Shown here: piece by piece, positions 8,883-18,646 of the stretch
Layout of the letters: each line of letters begins with the position of its first letter
Position numbering within the stretch: the stretch's first letter is position 1
Source of the DNA: a virus
Taxonomy: Duplodnaviria > Caudoviricetes
Direction: 5' to 3' (one strand)
DNA length: 47,669 bases
Virus record (IMG/VR): IMGVR_UViG_3300020042_005913
Span: 1-47,669 of that record
Program-made: the position numbers and the translations under genes
Notes under the pieces: generated by a model
What the model was told of the DNA's origin: nothing
Database searches by the model: none
What the model saw: the letters and a program-made list of their open reading frames with translations, nothing else

Positions 8883-8933
8883 TTGACAGTCTGTATAGTA
8901 GGTTTCAACTTTATCGTACTTGGCAACTTGCCA
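8883..8933 (+). promoter_or_regulatory. putative promoter TTGACA-N17-CAACTT plus palindrome TGGCAA-C-TTGCCA (8921-8933)
   Basis: Perfect -35 in the gap upstream of the scaffold/capsid genes; the -10 is weak. Confidence 0.45.
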
Positions 8934-8975
8934 TGATAACGGTGGCTTCACCAGCCGATTATTGGTGATGAACGT

Positions 8976-10100
8976 ATGGATACTAATTCTGTCAGTGCGA
9001 CTTCTTCACCTGTCGCTAACTCCGGTGATGAAACTGGGTTGAGCAATGTTACGCCGGGACAAGCAGCAGCTATTCTTTTTTCCCATACTCCGAAAGAAGA
9101 GGAGACGAAGCCTGTTCCAGCAGTCGTGGAAAACATTGCTACGGAGGAATCCTCCACAACTACAACCACCACGACAGAAGCGGAAAACGCTCCTGCTGAG
9201 ACAACGACCGAGGAATCAACCCCCGCTGAAGATAGTCCAACTGCGGAAGGGGAAACCGAAGCCGAAGCCGACAGTGTTCTTTCTCAAAAATCTTCTCTCG
9301 ATCCAAAGCTGCGGGATAAAATCCAACGGCGAATTAACGAGGAGGTTGCCAAACGAAAAGTTCTTGAAGCCCGATTAACGGACATGGATACCAGCATTAA
9401 AAAGCTGGAATCCGAGAAAGTTAATCCGCCTCCTGCCCCTCATGTACCTCATCGTGGTACGACTGTTCTTGCTGAGATTAACGATTTTTCTTCGTTACTC
9501 AAACTTCAGAAGGACGCCAAAGAGGCAATGCGCTGGGCCGAGGATCATCTAGATAATGATGAACTCGGAGAAGGTGTGGTAGTAGGCGAAGAGGTCTACG
9601 ACCGAGCCCGACTCAAGAGCATTGTTAAGAATGCGCGAATAACCTTAGAGGATAAAGTCCCCGCTCGCCAACAGTTCTTAACTAGTAGGCAACAGCTCTC
9701 GCAACAAGCAGTTAACTTGTTTCCGTTTTTGACGGATAAAACGTCGCCAGATTACCAGATGGCTGTGCATGCGTACCGTCAGAACCCGTGGTTAGAGGAT
9801 CTTCCAAATGCCGATTTTATTATTGGTTTGCAAGTCGAAGGATTAAAAGTCGTGAAGGCACGCGAAGAGTTAAAATCCAAGGCAGCGGAAAAACCAAAAG
9901 TAAAAGCCCCGGTCAGTAAACCGTCTGGGGACCAGACTGTGATGCCTACGTCCTCTTCAGGATCTAGGGTTACTGTCCAAAGCGGAGTAAAAGCCGCGTT
10001 ACAAGCGGAGAGAACGAGGATCTTGAAACAGGGCACCGTATCAGCGAACGAAGCGTCCGCTATGCTCCTACGTAGTGAAATGTTACGCAACACTCGATAA
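8976..10100 (+). CDS. capsid scaffolding protein
   Basis: Acidic disordered N-terminus, coiled coil (IQRRINEEVAKRK), position immediately before the major capsid gene. Confidence 0.8.
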   Translation: MDTNSVSATSSPVANSGDETGLSNVTPGQAAAILFSHTPKEEETKPVPAVVENIATEESSTTTTTTTEAENAPAETTTEESTPAEDSPTAEGETEAEADSVLSQKSSLDPKLRDKIQRRINEEVAKRKVLEARLTDMDTSIKKLESEKVNPPPAPHVPHRGTTVLAEINDFSSLLKLQKDAKEAMRWAEDHLDNDELGEGVVVGEEVYDRARLKSIVKNARITLEDKVPARQQFLTSRQQLSQQAVNLFPFLTDKTSPDYQMAVHAYRQNPWLEDLPNADFIIGLQVEGLKVVKAREELKSKAAEKPKVKAPVSKPSGDQTVMPTSSSGSRVTVQSGVKAALQAERTRILKQGTVSANEASAMLLRSEMLRNTR

Positions 10101-10105
10101 TCATC

Positions 10106-11113
10106 ATGCCTTTAGCCACCAGTTACAATACCGCCGGAGACCGTGAAGACCTTACGGACTTCCTCACAATTCTCGAACCAGAGGATTGCCCAAAAATTTC
10201 TACCTTCGCCAAGACGACGAAGGTATCTAACACCTTCCAAACTTGGCAGGCCGATACCCTCGCGGCTGTTGATTTTGGTGGCGTCTTGGAAGGTCAAGAC
10301 GTTCAGGCTTTCAACAACGAAACTGCCAACCGTGCTCGGTTTGGTAACTACGTTCAGATGTACCGTCGCCCGTGGATGGTCTCGCGTCTGCAAGAAGCTT
10401 CTGATCCAGCGGGCGTCTCTTCGGAGGTCGCTAACGCGAAGATCAAGGCTATGCGCGAACTGAAACGCAGCATGGAAGCTGCGGTGGGTTCGGACAATGA
10501 CATGCAGGCTGACAACGGTGTCATCCCATTCAAGAGCCGTGGTCTTGGTTCGTTTATCTCCTCGTCCGCGCAGACAACGAATCCCGTCCCTACGGCGTTC
10601 CTTACTCCTGCGGCTAGCATCAACGCGACGGCGGGTGCCTCCCTCACGGAGTCGCTCTTCAACGACGTTTTCCAGTCGATCTTCCAAGTTAACGGCGGTC
10701 GCCGTAACTACACCCTGTTTGCTGGTCCTAGCCTTAAGCGGGCTATCAGCAAGTTCCAGCGTGTGGAAGGTGCGAGCGGTACCACCAAGTCCTATCAGGT
10801 TAATCAGGACGCCACCGAGAAGAAAGTAACCTTGAACGTCACCATCTACGATGGCGATTTCCACAATGTTACCATCATCCCTGACATGTTCAACGGTTTG
10901 GCTGATGGGGCTAATCCCTCCACGGTCACCGCCACGCAGCAGATGCGCGGGTATGTCATCGACCTTAATCTCGTCGGTATCGGCACCATGCTCGGTATCC
11001 AAGCTGACGAACTTGAGGATCAGGGTGCAGGTCGTCGCGGGTTTGTTTCCGCCTCGGCTCTTCTGTGTGTCAAAAACCCTAAGGGTCTTGGCAAATTCAA
11101 CGCTACCTCGTAA
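10106..11113 (+). CDS. major capsid protein (SU10/DUF5309-like, HK97 fold)
   Basis: 335 aa; N-terminal DREDLTD, WQADTL, LEGQD, NYVQMY and ELKRSME motifs. Confidence 0.88.
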   Translation: MPLATSYNTAGDREDLTDFLTILEPEDCPKISTFAKTTKVSNTFQTWQADTLAAVDFGGVLEGQDVQAFNNETANRARFGNYVQMYRRPWMVSRLQEASDPAGVSSEVANAKIKAMRELKRSMEAAVGSDNDMQADNGVIPFKSRGLGSFISSSAQTTNPVPTAFLTPAASINATAGASLTESLFNDVFQSIFQVNGGRRNYTLFAGPSLKRAISKFQRVEGASGTTKSYQVNQDATEKKVTLNVTIYDGDFHNVTIIPDMFNGLADGANPSTVTATQQMRGYVIDLNLVGIGTMLGIQADELEDQGAGRRGFVSASALLCVKNPKGLGKFNATS

Positions 11114-11133
11114 CCCCTTAATATACTACTACC

Positions 11134-11601
11134 ATGGCTGATACAGCATTCACTATTAACGATGACCGCGTATCCCCCCTTTCCATTCAGGAACAGGCGG
11201 CTACGGGGTTCTCACACAAATTCCGTGTTCTCTTTTCCGATATCGCTCTCGGAAGTGGGTCCACGGATACCGTTACAGTTACTTTAGGGGCTACGCCCGC
11301 TAAGTTTATTGTGAACGCGGGATTGGTTAATGTCTCTACTGCCTTTGCGGGCACGGGGGCTATGACCATCATCGTCGGTACGGCACTTAGCACGGCGGCT
11401 CTTATCGCATCAACGTCAATCCTGACGGCTGGTGCTTTAGTAGCTACCTCCACCACGGCTATCTCGACTAACCTTAAAGCGGTTGTGGCGGGTACCTTGG
11501 TGGCTACGTTCACCAATGCTACCAGCGGGAGCCCTTCGGCTCTTACGGCTGGCGAATTGGCGATCTACGTGAATATTCAGGATCTTACTAAGCTCCCGTA
11601 A
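11134..11601 (+). CDS. putative capsid decoration protein
   Basis: 155 aa, Ala/Thr-rich beta protein directly after the major capsid gene. Confidence 0.6.
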   Translation: MADTAFTINDDRVSPLSIQEQAATGFSHKFRVLFSDIALGSGSTDTVTVTLGATPAKFIVNAGLVNVSTAFAGTGAMTIIVGTALSTAALIASTSILTAGALVATSTTAISTNLKAVVAGTLVATFTNATSGSPSALTAGELAIYVNIQDLTKLP

Positions 11602-11611
11602 TTCTAAGTAT

Positions 11612-11643
11612 GGGGGGAGGTAAAACTCCCCCCTAACTATTTT
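11612..11643 (+). terminator. hairpin GGGGGGAG-GTAAAA-CTCCCCCC, likely leaky terminator or mRNA-stabilising stem after the capsid genes
   Basis: 8-bp stem at 11612-11633 followed by an imperfect T tract. Confidence 0.6.
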
Positions 11644-11646
11644 CCT

Positions 11647-11991
11647 ATGGATTCTGATGTAATCACATCACTCCCGCAGGATTTTCTTAAGGATTTTGCT
11701 GCCGAGTTATCTGGCCGAATTCCCCAAGAAAAGATTGAGGCCGATCTCAGGCAGGCTCGCAACGCCCGAGTTATGCAGCAGCTTGGTTCTGAGAGGATTG
11801 AGGGAGTTGGGCAAAAGATTGCGGAGATTGATCCCCGATTGTACTTCCGTATGCTGCATACCTTTGGTCATGTGGATAACTGGTTGGACGATTTGCTGGC
11901 CGACAATCCCCAGTTGTGTGCCCCCGGATATAGGCCTCGCCAAAACTCCCTCAGGCATAGTAAAAGTTTCATAGGCGGGTCGCCTGTTTAA
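11647..11991 (+). CDS. hypothetical virion-assembly protein
   Basis: 114 aa between the capsid and adaptor genes. Confidence 0.7.
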   Translation: MDSDVITSLPQDFLKDFAAELSGRIPQEKIEADLRQARNARVMQQLGSERIEGVGQKIAEIDPRLYFRMLHTFGHVDNWLDDLLADNPQLCAPGYRPRQNSLRHSKSFIGGSPV

Positions 11992-12003
11992 CTACCTAAC
12001 AAA

Positions 12004-13317
12004 ATGGCTCGCACCAAACACTACTCCGATTTCCTAACGAGTTGGGGTTCTTTGGTGGGCATTCCGTCAACTCGGATAACCACCGAGTTAGCTTCCGTAG
12101 CTAATACGGTTTTCAATACCGCGATCAACCAGATGTGGTCCCAAGGACCGTGGTTGGATATCTGCCCTACCGGGGAAGCTCGCTTTGTAGGTAACCGACT
12201 TACCTACACCAACGACCTAAGTCAGACAGCTTACTGGACGGCTAATGCAGTTACCGTCACCGCTAAAAGTACCGCCAATCCGCTCGATGGTAGAATTACT
12301 GCAAACAAGTTGATGGAGACTTCGGCTACCTCGGCTCACAATGTTACCCAGAGTTTTACAATTTTTCCGGATACCGACTATTCGTTATCGGCTTACGTTA
12401 GGGCCAATGGTAGGGATTACGTGTACCTGACGCTCAACGACGGGGTTACGGTATTCTCTACTTTCTTTGATCTGTCATCGGGTACGGTGGGTACTACGAC
12501 TAACACCGATACCACTACGATTGTTCAGCAGGCAAATGGTTTTTACCTTTGCACGATGCAGTTCACTAGCACGAACCTTACTTCGACCACTGCTAATTAT
12601 CAGCTATCCCTATCTACCAACGGGTCTACCCTGTCGTATGCCGGGGACGTTACCAAGGGTTTGTACGTATACGGTTGTTTAGCCCAACAGGTAAGTAACA
12701 CCACCATCAATGATTCTCGGGTAGACTGGGACCAGACGGGGGAAGATGTAATCGATGTGGTATTTGATGTTACAAAAAATTCCCCCTACCTATCCGTGTA
12801 TCCCACGGGACAGGGGTACGCTTTGACTAAGGACGGGATTCAGATTGTTAGCAGCGGTACCACTCAAAGTTATGTAAACGGGGTAGCTACCGTAAGCAGC
12901 TTTCCGGTTACCAATAACCCGGTATTCGTAAACTATCGTAAAGTTACCCCGTCATTTTCCGGGGACGCCTATTCAGCCACTGACATTTACGCAGTTGATG
13001 ACCAGATTTATTACACGACTACCGCCGGGTACGGGGACTACTACAAATGTTTGGTAGCTACCACCGCTGGCCAGAATCCAAATACCACCCCAGCTAGCTG
13101 GGAAATCATACCTCTTTACGAAGTATTTTTTCAGTATTGTGTTTATCAATCCTACGGAGACTGGCTTATTTCTGATGGTCAGATGGACAAAGCCACCGGA
13201 GCCTACGCAATTGCTCAGGGTAAAATGGATACCGAATTTGATAAACGTGAGCGTCAAATGGGGGATGTATTACCCATGAAAGTCTCCACTCATTTAACTA
13301 GCCGATCAGCTTTTTAA
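12004..13317 (+). CDS. head-tail adaptor (tail tubular A-like) with inserted carbohydrate-binding-like domains
   Basis: Helical N- and C-termini flank a beta-sandwich insert (NRLTYTNDLS...YVYGC) and a CBM5/12-like motif (YSATDIYAVDDQIYY...YKCLVA...PASWE). Confidence 0.6.
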   Translation: MARTKHYSDFLTSWGSLVGIPSTRITTELASVANTVFNTAINQMWSQGPWLDICPTGEARFVGNRLTYTNDLSQTAYWTANAVTVTAKSTANPLDGRITANKLMETSATSAHNVTQSFTIFPDTDYSLSAYVRANGRDYVYLTLNDGVTVFSTFFDLSSGTVGTTTNTDTTTIVQQANGFYLCTMQFTSTNLTSTTANYQLSLSTNGSTLSYAGDVTKGLYVYGCLAQQVSNTTINDSRVDWDQTGEDVIDVVFDVTKNSPYLSVYPTGQGYALTKDGIQIVSSGTTQSYVNGVATVSSFPVTNNPVFVNYRKVTPSFSGDAYSATDIYAVDDQIYYTTTAGYGDYYKCLVATTAGQNPNTTPASWEIIPLYEVFFQYCVYQSYGDWLISDGQMDKATGAYAIAQGKMDTEFDKRERQMGDVLPMKVSTHLTSRSAF

Positions 13318-13329
13318 CCCCACTCTACT

Positions 13330-13671
13330 ATGAATTCGCAAGTACATGTTATCTATCCGATGCGCGGTATGGCGGGGTCTTCCCCCATTGCGTCTCAGTC
13401 TCTCACAGTCAGCACCACCGCAGTAACGCCTACCGGGTTTACTTCCGGAGCCATATCTTCCTCTGGGGCGACCATGGTTTTCTTTGATGTTCAGGGAGTG
13501 GCGGTGCGTACCCGGTCAGACGGCACTAATCCAACCGCTTCGGTAGGTCACTACTTAGCCGCTAACACTAACTATACGTGGGACGTTCAACGCTATAATT
13601 CCTCCGTATTTATTCGCGACACGGCTGCGGGTACTGATGCCACTATCTTCGCTAGCGCACTTCAGTGCTAA
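13330..13671 (+). CDS. putative tail/fibre-associated protein
   Basis: 113-aa beta protein (VRTRSDGTNPTASVG) in the tail cluster. Confidence 0.6.
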   Translation: MNSQVHVIYPMRGMAGSSPIASQSLTVSTTAVTPTGFTSGAISSSGATMVFFDVQGVAVRTRSDGTNPTASVGHYLAANTNYTWDVQRYNSSVFIRDTAAGTDATIFASALQC

Positions 13672-13683
13672 TATTTAATCACC

Positions 13684-15606
13684 GTGGCTACCGTAAAAAT
13701 CCGCAGTCTTCCGACTACTGCTACCACATCCGCTTCGGATGATTTTCTGGTAATTGACGGAACGACCAACAGCACTCGTAAACTGAGTGCTGCTACTCCT
13801 GCGTTTCTTACCAGCGTAACGGTGCCAACGGTGGCTACTGCCGCTGGCGTTAATCTAAACCTAGCCACCGGCACCGCCGCTTCCGATAAGGTACTAATTC
13901 CCGGAACGCTTGAGGCTACGGCAGCAGACGGGTTAGCTGCCAGCGTAGGTACTCTTGGTGGGGCTAGCGTTAAGAAAGCCCTGTGGGTTGGTGGGATCAT
14001 AAATGTCGCTGGGCATACCACCTTCGAGGGAGTGACTAGCACGGGTGCCACGGGAACTGGTAAGTTGGTGTACGATACCAGCCCCTCGTTAAACACGCCA
14101 GCACTCGGCACTCCATCCGCGCTTATAGGGACAAACATCACCGGCACGGCTGCTAGTCTTACGGCTGGCTTGGCCGCAGGTCTTTCAGTGACCTTAGCCG
14201 TGGCCAGCGGTGGCACAGGTCAGACCACGGCCAACGATGCTATTAACGCTCTGCTCCCGTCGCAGGCCGGGGCAAGCGGTAAAGTTCTTCAAAGTGACGG
14301 CACGAACACTTCTTTCGTACCGTCTACCTCTGGCGGGACGGTGACGGGCGTATCGGTGACGACGGCAAACGGAGTATCAGGCACCGTCGCGACTTCAACG
14401 ACCACGCCCGCGATTAGCCTTACGCTTGGTGCAATCGTTCCGACCTCGGTCAACTCAGTTGTCGTCTCGGGTGCCTCTACGCCAACGCTTTTGGTTACCG
14501 GCACGAGTTCAATCAGCGGGAGCAATACCGGCGATGCTCCGGGCGGTATAACCTACACCGTAACCAAGACAGCCAATTACGCTGCGGTCGCGAATGACGG
14601 CGTGCTGACGAACACAACCGGTGGCGCATTCACGGTCACGCTTCCAGCCTCTCCATCAAACGGCGATCAAGTTATTGTCGCGGATGCGGGCGGGGCTTGG
14701 GGGACAAACAATTTAACGATTGGGCGCAACGGGAACAACATCGCAGACCTAGCACAGGACTTGGTCTGTGACATTACCGGCGCCTCGGTGCAGTTAGTCT
14801 ACAACTCATCTGGCACCGCAACGTGGGAGGTGTTCGCGCAAATCGGCGGGAATGGTGGGACAGCGGTCACTCTGGATGGCGTTCAGACGCTGACAAATAA
14901 GACTCTGACGGCACCTGTGCTTACGGCTCCGGTGCTTGGGATTCCTGCGAGTGGGACGCTGACCAATGCTACTGGCCTGCCATTGACTACTGGCGTGACC
15001 GGTAATTTGCCTGTCACCAATCTCAACTCAGGCACCTCTGCTTCAGCGTCTACATTCTGGCGTGGTGATGCGACTTGGGCTGCGGCTTCCTCTGGAATGA
15101 CCCTGCTTTCTACTGTTACCGCTTCCGCATCTGCAACGGTAGATATTGAGACGACGTTCAGCAGCACTTATGACGCATATCTGTTAGTTGTATCAGGTGC
15201 CCGTCCTTCAACTAATTCGGTTGAACTCCTTTGCCGCATGAAAATAGGAGGCACTTACCTAACAGGTAGTGTCTATGTTTATCACACGGATCTTTCGCGC
15301 AGCGCCTCGGCTGTTTACGCAGCGGTTGTTAGTGGTGGCACTACATCGATACAACTGACAAGTGTTGTCGGTAGCGCCGCCACCTCTAGCGCGAATCTCA
15401 CAATGAGCATAAAAAACCCCACATCGGCAACAGCATACCACAATATAGATTGGACTGGTCTGTCGCATGTCTTTGGCGATATATATTTAGCGTCAGGGGG
15501 TGGCGCTTCTACTACTACTGGCGCCCTTACTGGTATTCGGTTGTATTTCTCTTCTGGTAATATTTCCAGCGGTACTTTTAGACTCTACGGCCTCGCCAAC
15601 ACATGA
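13684..15606 (+). CDS. tail fibre protein
   Basis: 640 aa, G/T/A/S-rich; motifs [27 protein letters not shown] and C-terminal SGTFRLYG; followed by a fibre chaperone. Confidence 0.85.
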   Translation: MATVKIRSLPTTATTSASDDFLVIDGTTNSTRKLSAATPAFLTSVTVPTVATAAGVNLNLATGTAASDKVLIPGTLEATAADGLAASVGTLGGASVKKALWVGGIINVAGHTTFEGVTSTGATGTGKLVYDTSPSLNTPALGTPSALIGTNITGTAASLTAGLAAGLSVTLAVASGGTGQTTANDAINALLPSQAGASGKVLQSDGTNTSFVPSTSGGTVTGVSVTTANGVSGTVATSTTTPAISLTLGAIVPTSVNSVVVSGASTPTLLVTGTSSISGSNTGDAPGGITYTVTKTANYAAVANDGVLTNTTGGAFTVTLPASPSNGDQVIVADAGGAWGTNNLTIGRNGNNIADLAQDLVCDITGASVQLVYNSSGTATWEVFAQIGGNGGTAVTLDGVQTLTNKTLTAPVLTAPVLGIPASGTLTNATGLPLTTGVTGNLPVTNLNSGTSASASTFWRGDATWAAASSGMTLLSTVTASASATVDIETTFSSTYDAYLLVVSGARPSTNSVELLCRMKIGGTYLTGSVYVYHTDLSRSASAVYAAVVSGGTTSIQLTSVVGSAATSSANLTMSIKNPTSATAYHNIDWTGLSHVFGDIYLASGGGASTTTGALTGIRLYFSSGNISSGTFRLYGLANT

Positions 15607-15615
15607 GGAGCTACC

Positions 15616-15894
15616 ATGCCTAACTACCACGCCACATCCGAAGGCAATATCCCATTCACGGCAGCGGAAGAAACGATATGGGCGGCAGAACAAGCAAACT
15701 ATGCTGCTGGCGCTAATGACCGTAATGCCGCAGAGGTTAGGGCAGAGCGCAGCATAAAGTTAGTTGCAACCGACTGGACCCAATTGCCGGACGTTCCTCA
15801 ATCAATCAAAGATAAGTGGGCACCGTATCGCAAGGCGTTGCGCGACGTTCCGCAGCAAGTGGGATTCCCATTCAACGTAATTTGGCCGACCTGA
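15616..15894 (+). CDS. tail fibre assembly chaperone (copy 1)
   Basis: VRAER..L..TDWTQLPD...W..YRKALRDVPQQ.GFP..V.WP motif; GAGGAG SD. Confidence 0.85.
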   Translation: MPNYHATSEGNIPFTAAEETIWAAEQANYAAGANDRNAAEVRAERSIKLVATDWTQLPDVPQSIKDKWAPYRKALRDVPQQVGFPFNVIWPT

Positions 15895-15897
15895 CCT

Positions 15898-16149
15898 ATG
15901 TCCAACCTATCGCAAATCCTTACGCCGAGCAACCTCGTCACGTTGACGGGTACAGACACGCTGACGAATAAGACTTTGACGGCACCTGTGCTGACATCGG
16001 CAAACCTAACTACCGCGCTGACGCTCAACGGTGCGGCTGGAACTAATGGTCAGGTAATGACCAGTGCCGGGTCCGGTTTACCAACTTGGTCTTCCGTGAA
16101 GGTCACCGGAAGCGACATTTTCTTGGCACTTAACTTTGGAGGATTTTAA
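15898..16149 (+). CDS. short tail-fibre-like protein
   Basis: 83 aa; shares [13 protein letters not shown] with the 640-aa fibre and has a GTNGQVMTS.G motif. Confidence 0.7.
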   Translation: MSNLSQILTPSNLVTLTGTDTLTNKTLTAPVLTSANLTTALTLNGAAGTNGQVMTSAGSGLPTWSSVKVTGSDIFLALNFGGF

Positions 16150-16152
16150 TTT

Positions 16153-16599
16153 ATGGCCGTTACATCTACACCGATTTTTGCACAGACACCGTATGCCAAG
16201 ACGTTGACATTGGCTGCCCAAACCGCGTGTACCACGCGTGCGCCCACGGCAACAGCCTCGTTGGCTGGTGCTAACATCACGGCATTCGTTCCCGTTTCTA
16301 CCAACGGCCTGAGGATTGATTCCATTCAAGTTAATAACTGCGGAACTGGGATTAGCACGGTTAACGCAGCACAGATTGTTAATATCTGGATGTGGGACGG
16401 CACAACTGCGTTTATGATACAAGAAATTTTGGTTACGTCCGTTACGCCGAGTACAACGGCAGCGGCGTTTACGACAACGTACAATTTCCCAATCCCACTA
16501 AATCTTCCCGCCGCGTTTGCTCTGTATGCCTCTACAACCGTGACCACCACTGCGGCTGGTACAGCATTGCAAGTCACTGCCTTTGGCGGGGCTTACTGA
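16153..16599 (+). CDS. tail-fibre-associated beta-sandwich protein
   Basis: 148 aa, Thr/Ala-rich, in the fibre cluster. Confidence 0.7.
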   Translation: MAVTSTPIFAQTPYAKTLTLAAQTACTTRAPTATASLAGANITAFVPVSTNGLRIDSIQVNNCGTGISTVNAAQIVNIWMWDGTTAFMIQEILVTSVTPSTTAAAFTTTYNFPIPLNLPAAFALYASTTVTTTAAGTALQVTAFGGAY

Positions 16600-16600
16600 T

Positions 16601-18253
16601 ATGCCTTCTTCGTTTAATTACAAGCCTGTTGGGAACGGAGGGACCACCTCAACTGGCCCCATTACGCTTTCTGCCGCATCCGGAGGCGCACAAACCGTTA
16701 CGCCTGCAACGCATGATGTTTATGTGACGCTTCCAGACGCCACAGGATTATCTAGATCAAGCAATGTCTTTGTTATTAGCAATGCAGGGGATTTTGATCT
16801 AGGCATTAAAAATAGTGTGGGAACAAAATTGGGATGGTTGCGCCCAAGAACAACTGGCGTGGTTGCGCTATCTGACAACACAACATCTGCTGGCGTTTGG
16901 AGCATTGAAAACCTTTTTAAAACTGGGGTTACAATGCAATACAACAGCCCAACAACACCGGCTGGGTCAGGTTCATTGAGGATGTACAATGCTATTTCTT
17001 TGGACGCTGACAGAACGTGTTTGTTGTTTGGGTGGGGTAATATCTACGCAATTATTTATAATTCCGCGACTAGGGTGTTCGGAACTATTACACTGGTGCG
17101 GACTGCTGGTGGAAGTGATAGTAAGATTGGCATCAAGTCTTCAACCGATAGAGTATTGGTTGTTAGTTTTGACGGTACCGCAGGAGAAGCCGTAGTTCTC
17201 TCAATTTCTGGCACGGCCATCACAGTAAATACCGCAGCAACCACAACATTGCTGAACTCTGTCTCGCAAGGGGGGCCGTTAATTGCCGTAGGCTCCTCAT
17301 TTGTGCAGGGATTTACAACTGGATTGCCCGCTTCGTATGTAGTAGCTCTTATTATTTCTGGGGTAAGTTGTGCTTTTGGGACAGCAGCCTCCGTTGTATC
17401 TAGTGACAATATGTCATTGTTGTATGCTACTGGATCGGTATTGCGAGTTGTGGTGGGAGAGTCTGCGCTGCTGACCGTGAAGCCATACACGGTAAGTAGC
17501 TCAACGTTGACAGCCGGCACAGCAGCTACAGGAACAGCGACAAATACTGCAATCAGGGCATTTATGAATGGCAACGGTAACATAGTTGTTAACTATATTA
17601 ACTCTACTCAGCGAGCCTCAATTTTTAAATTAACTACAACTACCGAGGCGATTAGCACCGTTAACATAATTGCAAGTGCGTCATTTACATCGGCCGTAGA
17701 TTACGCTGTAATTTCCGCCAGCAAAACCGTATTCATGTCGCATAACGGGAGCACTACTTGGTATGCCAATATTCTGACCGACACGGCTGGAACGGCCAGC
17801 ATGGGGACTACAATTAGCGGGTTGGGTTCGGGGTCATTTACTGCTCCGTCAGCTACTCGCGTATCTGGAAATACTGCTCAGTTTGCTATGGGAAACTCAG
17901 CCAGATTATATCAGTTCACGTTAGATTGCAGCGGGACAAGTGCCGTTGCATCGTCAATCATTTTTGTATCAAACAATACAAGTAACGGTTTTGCGCCTAG
18001 CGTACAAACTTCAGCTACGGATGGTACAAAAGGAGCAGCAACATTAAGAAATGGCGGTTTATATCACCGCATTTCCGGTGGTGAGGTGTTTGACTGGTTT
18101 GTAAGTGCTGGGTCGCTAATAAGGGCACCAAGGTTGGGGAATTTTAAAGACCCTTCTTTTCCCAGCCCTGAGGATAATATTGGCTACAGTTTAGATAGTG
18201 TAAATGGTAGTGCCGTAGGTGTAATTATTCAAAAAGTGGAGGCAGCAGCATGA
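16601..18253 (+). CDS. putative receptor-binding protein (beta-propeller-like)
   Basis: 550 aa from ATG 16601; repeated beta strands; AT-richer codons than its neighbours; followed by a chaperone. Confidence 0.65.
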   Translation: MPSSFNYKPVGNGGTTSTGPITLSAASGGAQTVTPATHDVYVTLPDATGLSRSSNVFVISNAGDFDLGIKNSVGTKLGWLRPRTTGVVALSDNTTSAGVWSIENLFKTGVTMQYNSPTTPAGSGSLRMYNAISLDADRTCLLFGWGNIYAIIYNSATRVFGTITLVRTAGGSDSKIGIKSSTDRVLVVSFDGTAGEAVVLSISGTAITVNTAATTTLLNSVSQGGPLIAVGSSFVQGFTTGLPASYVVALIISGVSCAFGTAASVVSSDNMSLLYATGSVLRVVVGESALLTVKPYTVSSSTLTAGTAATGTATNTAIRAFMNGNGNIVVNYINSTQRASIFKLTTTTEAISTVNIIASASFTSAVDYAVISASKTVFMSHNGSTTWYANILTDTAGTASMGTTISGLGSGSFTAPSATRVSGNTAQFAMGNSARLYQFTLDCSGTSAVASSIIFVSNNTSNGFAPSVQTSATDGTKGAATLRNGGLYHRISGGEVFDWFVSAGSLIRAPRLGNFKDPSFPSPEDNIGYSLDSVNGSAVGVIIQKVEAAA

Positions 18254-18642
18254 AAATCCTAATCCAAGGCTCAACCATTCTTGCGACCAACTTCGTTGAA
18301 GGTGACGAGGTTTTTACCTTGCCGGATGCAATCTTCCCAAAGAACGTCATAAAAGGTTGGCAGGTGGTGGAGGCTACGCTTCCAGCAGACTATGCGCCGG
18401 GAAAGTATTCGTTTAACGCTGGGGTGTTTTCTTCCATCCCATTTTCTGCCACCCCAGAGCAGCATAAGGTTAAAGCCGTCGAGGTTCGTGAGGCGCGAGA
18501 TTTGCTAATCGCCAAGTCCGACTGGACCCAGTGCGCCGACATAAGCGCAGCCGTTAAAGCCCAGTGGGTGCCCTATCGGAAGGCTTTGCGGGACGTTCCC
18601 CAGCAAACTGGATTCCCGTTCAATGTGATCTGGCCGACATGA
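18250..18642 (+). CDS. tail fibre assembly chaperone (copy 2)
   Basis: Same C-terminal SDWTQ..D...YRKALRDVPQQ.GFPFNVIWPT motif as 15616-15894. Confidence 0.85.
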   Translation: MKILIQGSTILATNFVEGDEVFTLPDAIFPKNVIKGWQVVEATLPADYAPGKYSFNAGVFSSIPFSATPEQHKVKAVEVREARDLLIAKSDWTQCADISAAVKAQWVPYRKALRDVPQQTGFPFNVIWPT

Positions 18643-18646
18643 GGTC

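Noticed and set aside
10112-11002. 296-aa antisense ORF over the capsid gene
   Set aside because: Shadow ORF expected from the codon bias of a highly expressed gene; no recognisable motifs.
14887-18642. Repeat pairs in the fibre region as a diversity-generating retroelement TR/VR
   Set aside because: No reverse transcriptase in the window; both copies are coding and the mismatches are mostly synonymous and not adenine-specific.
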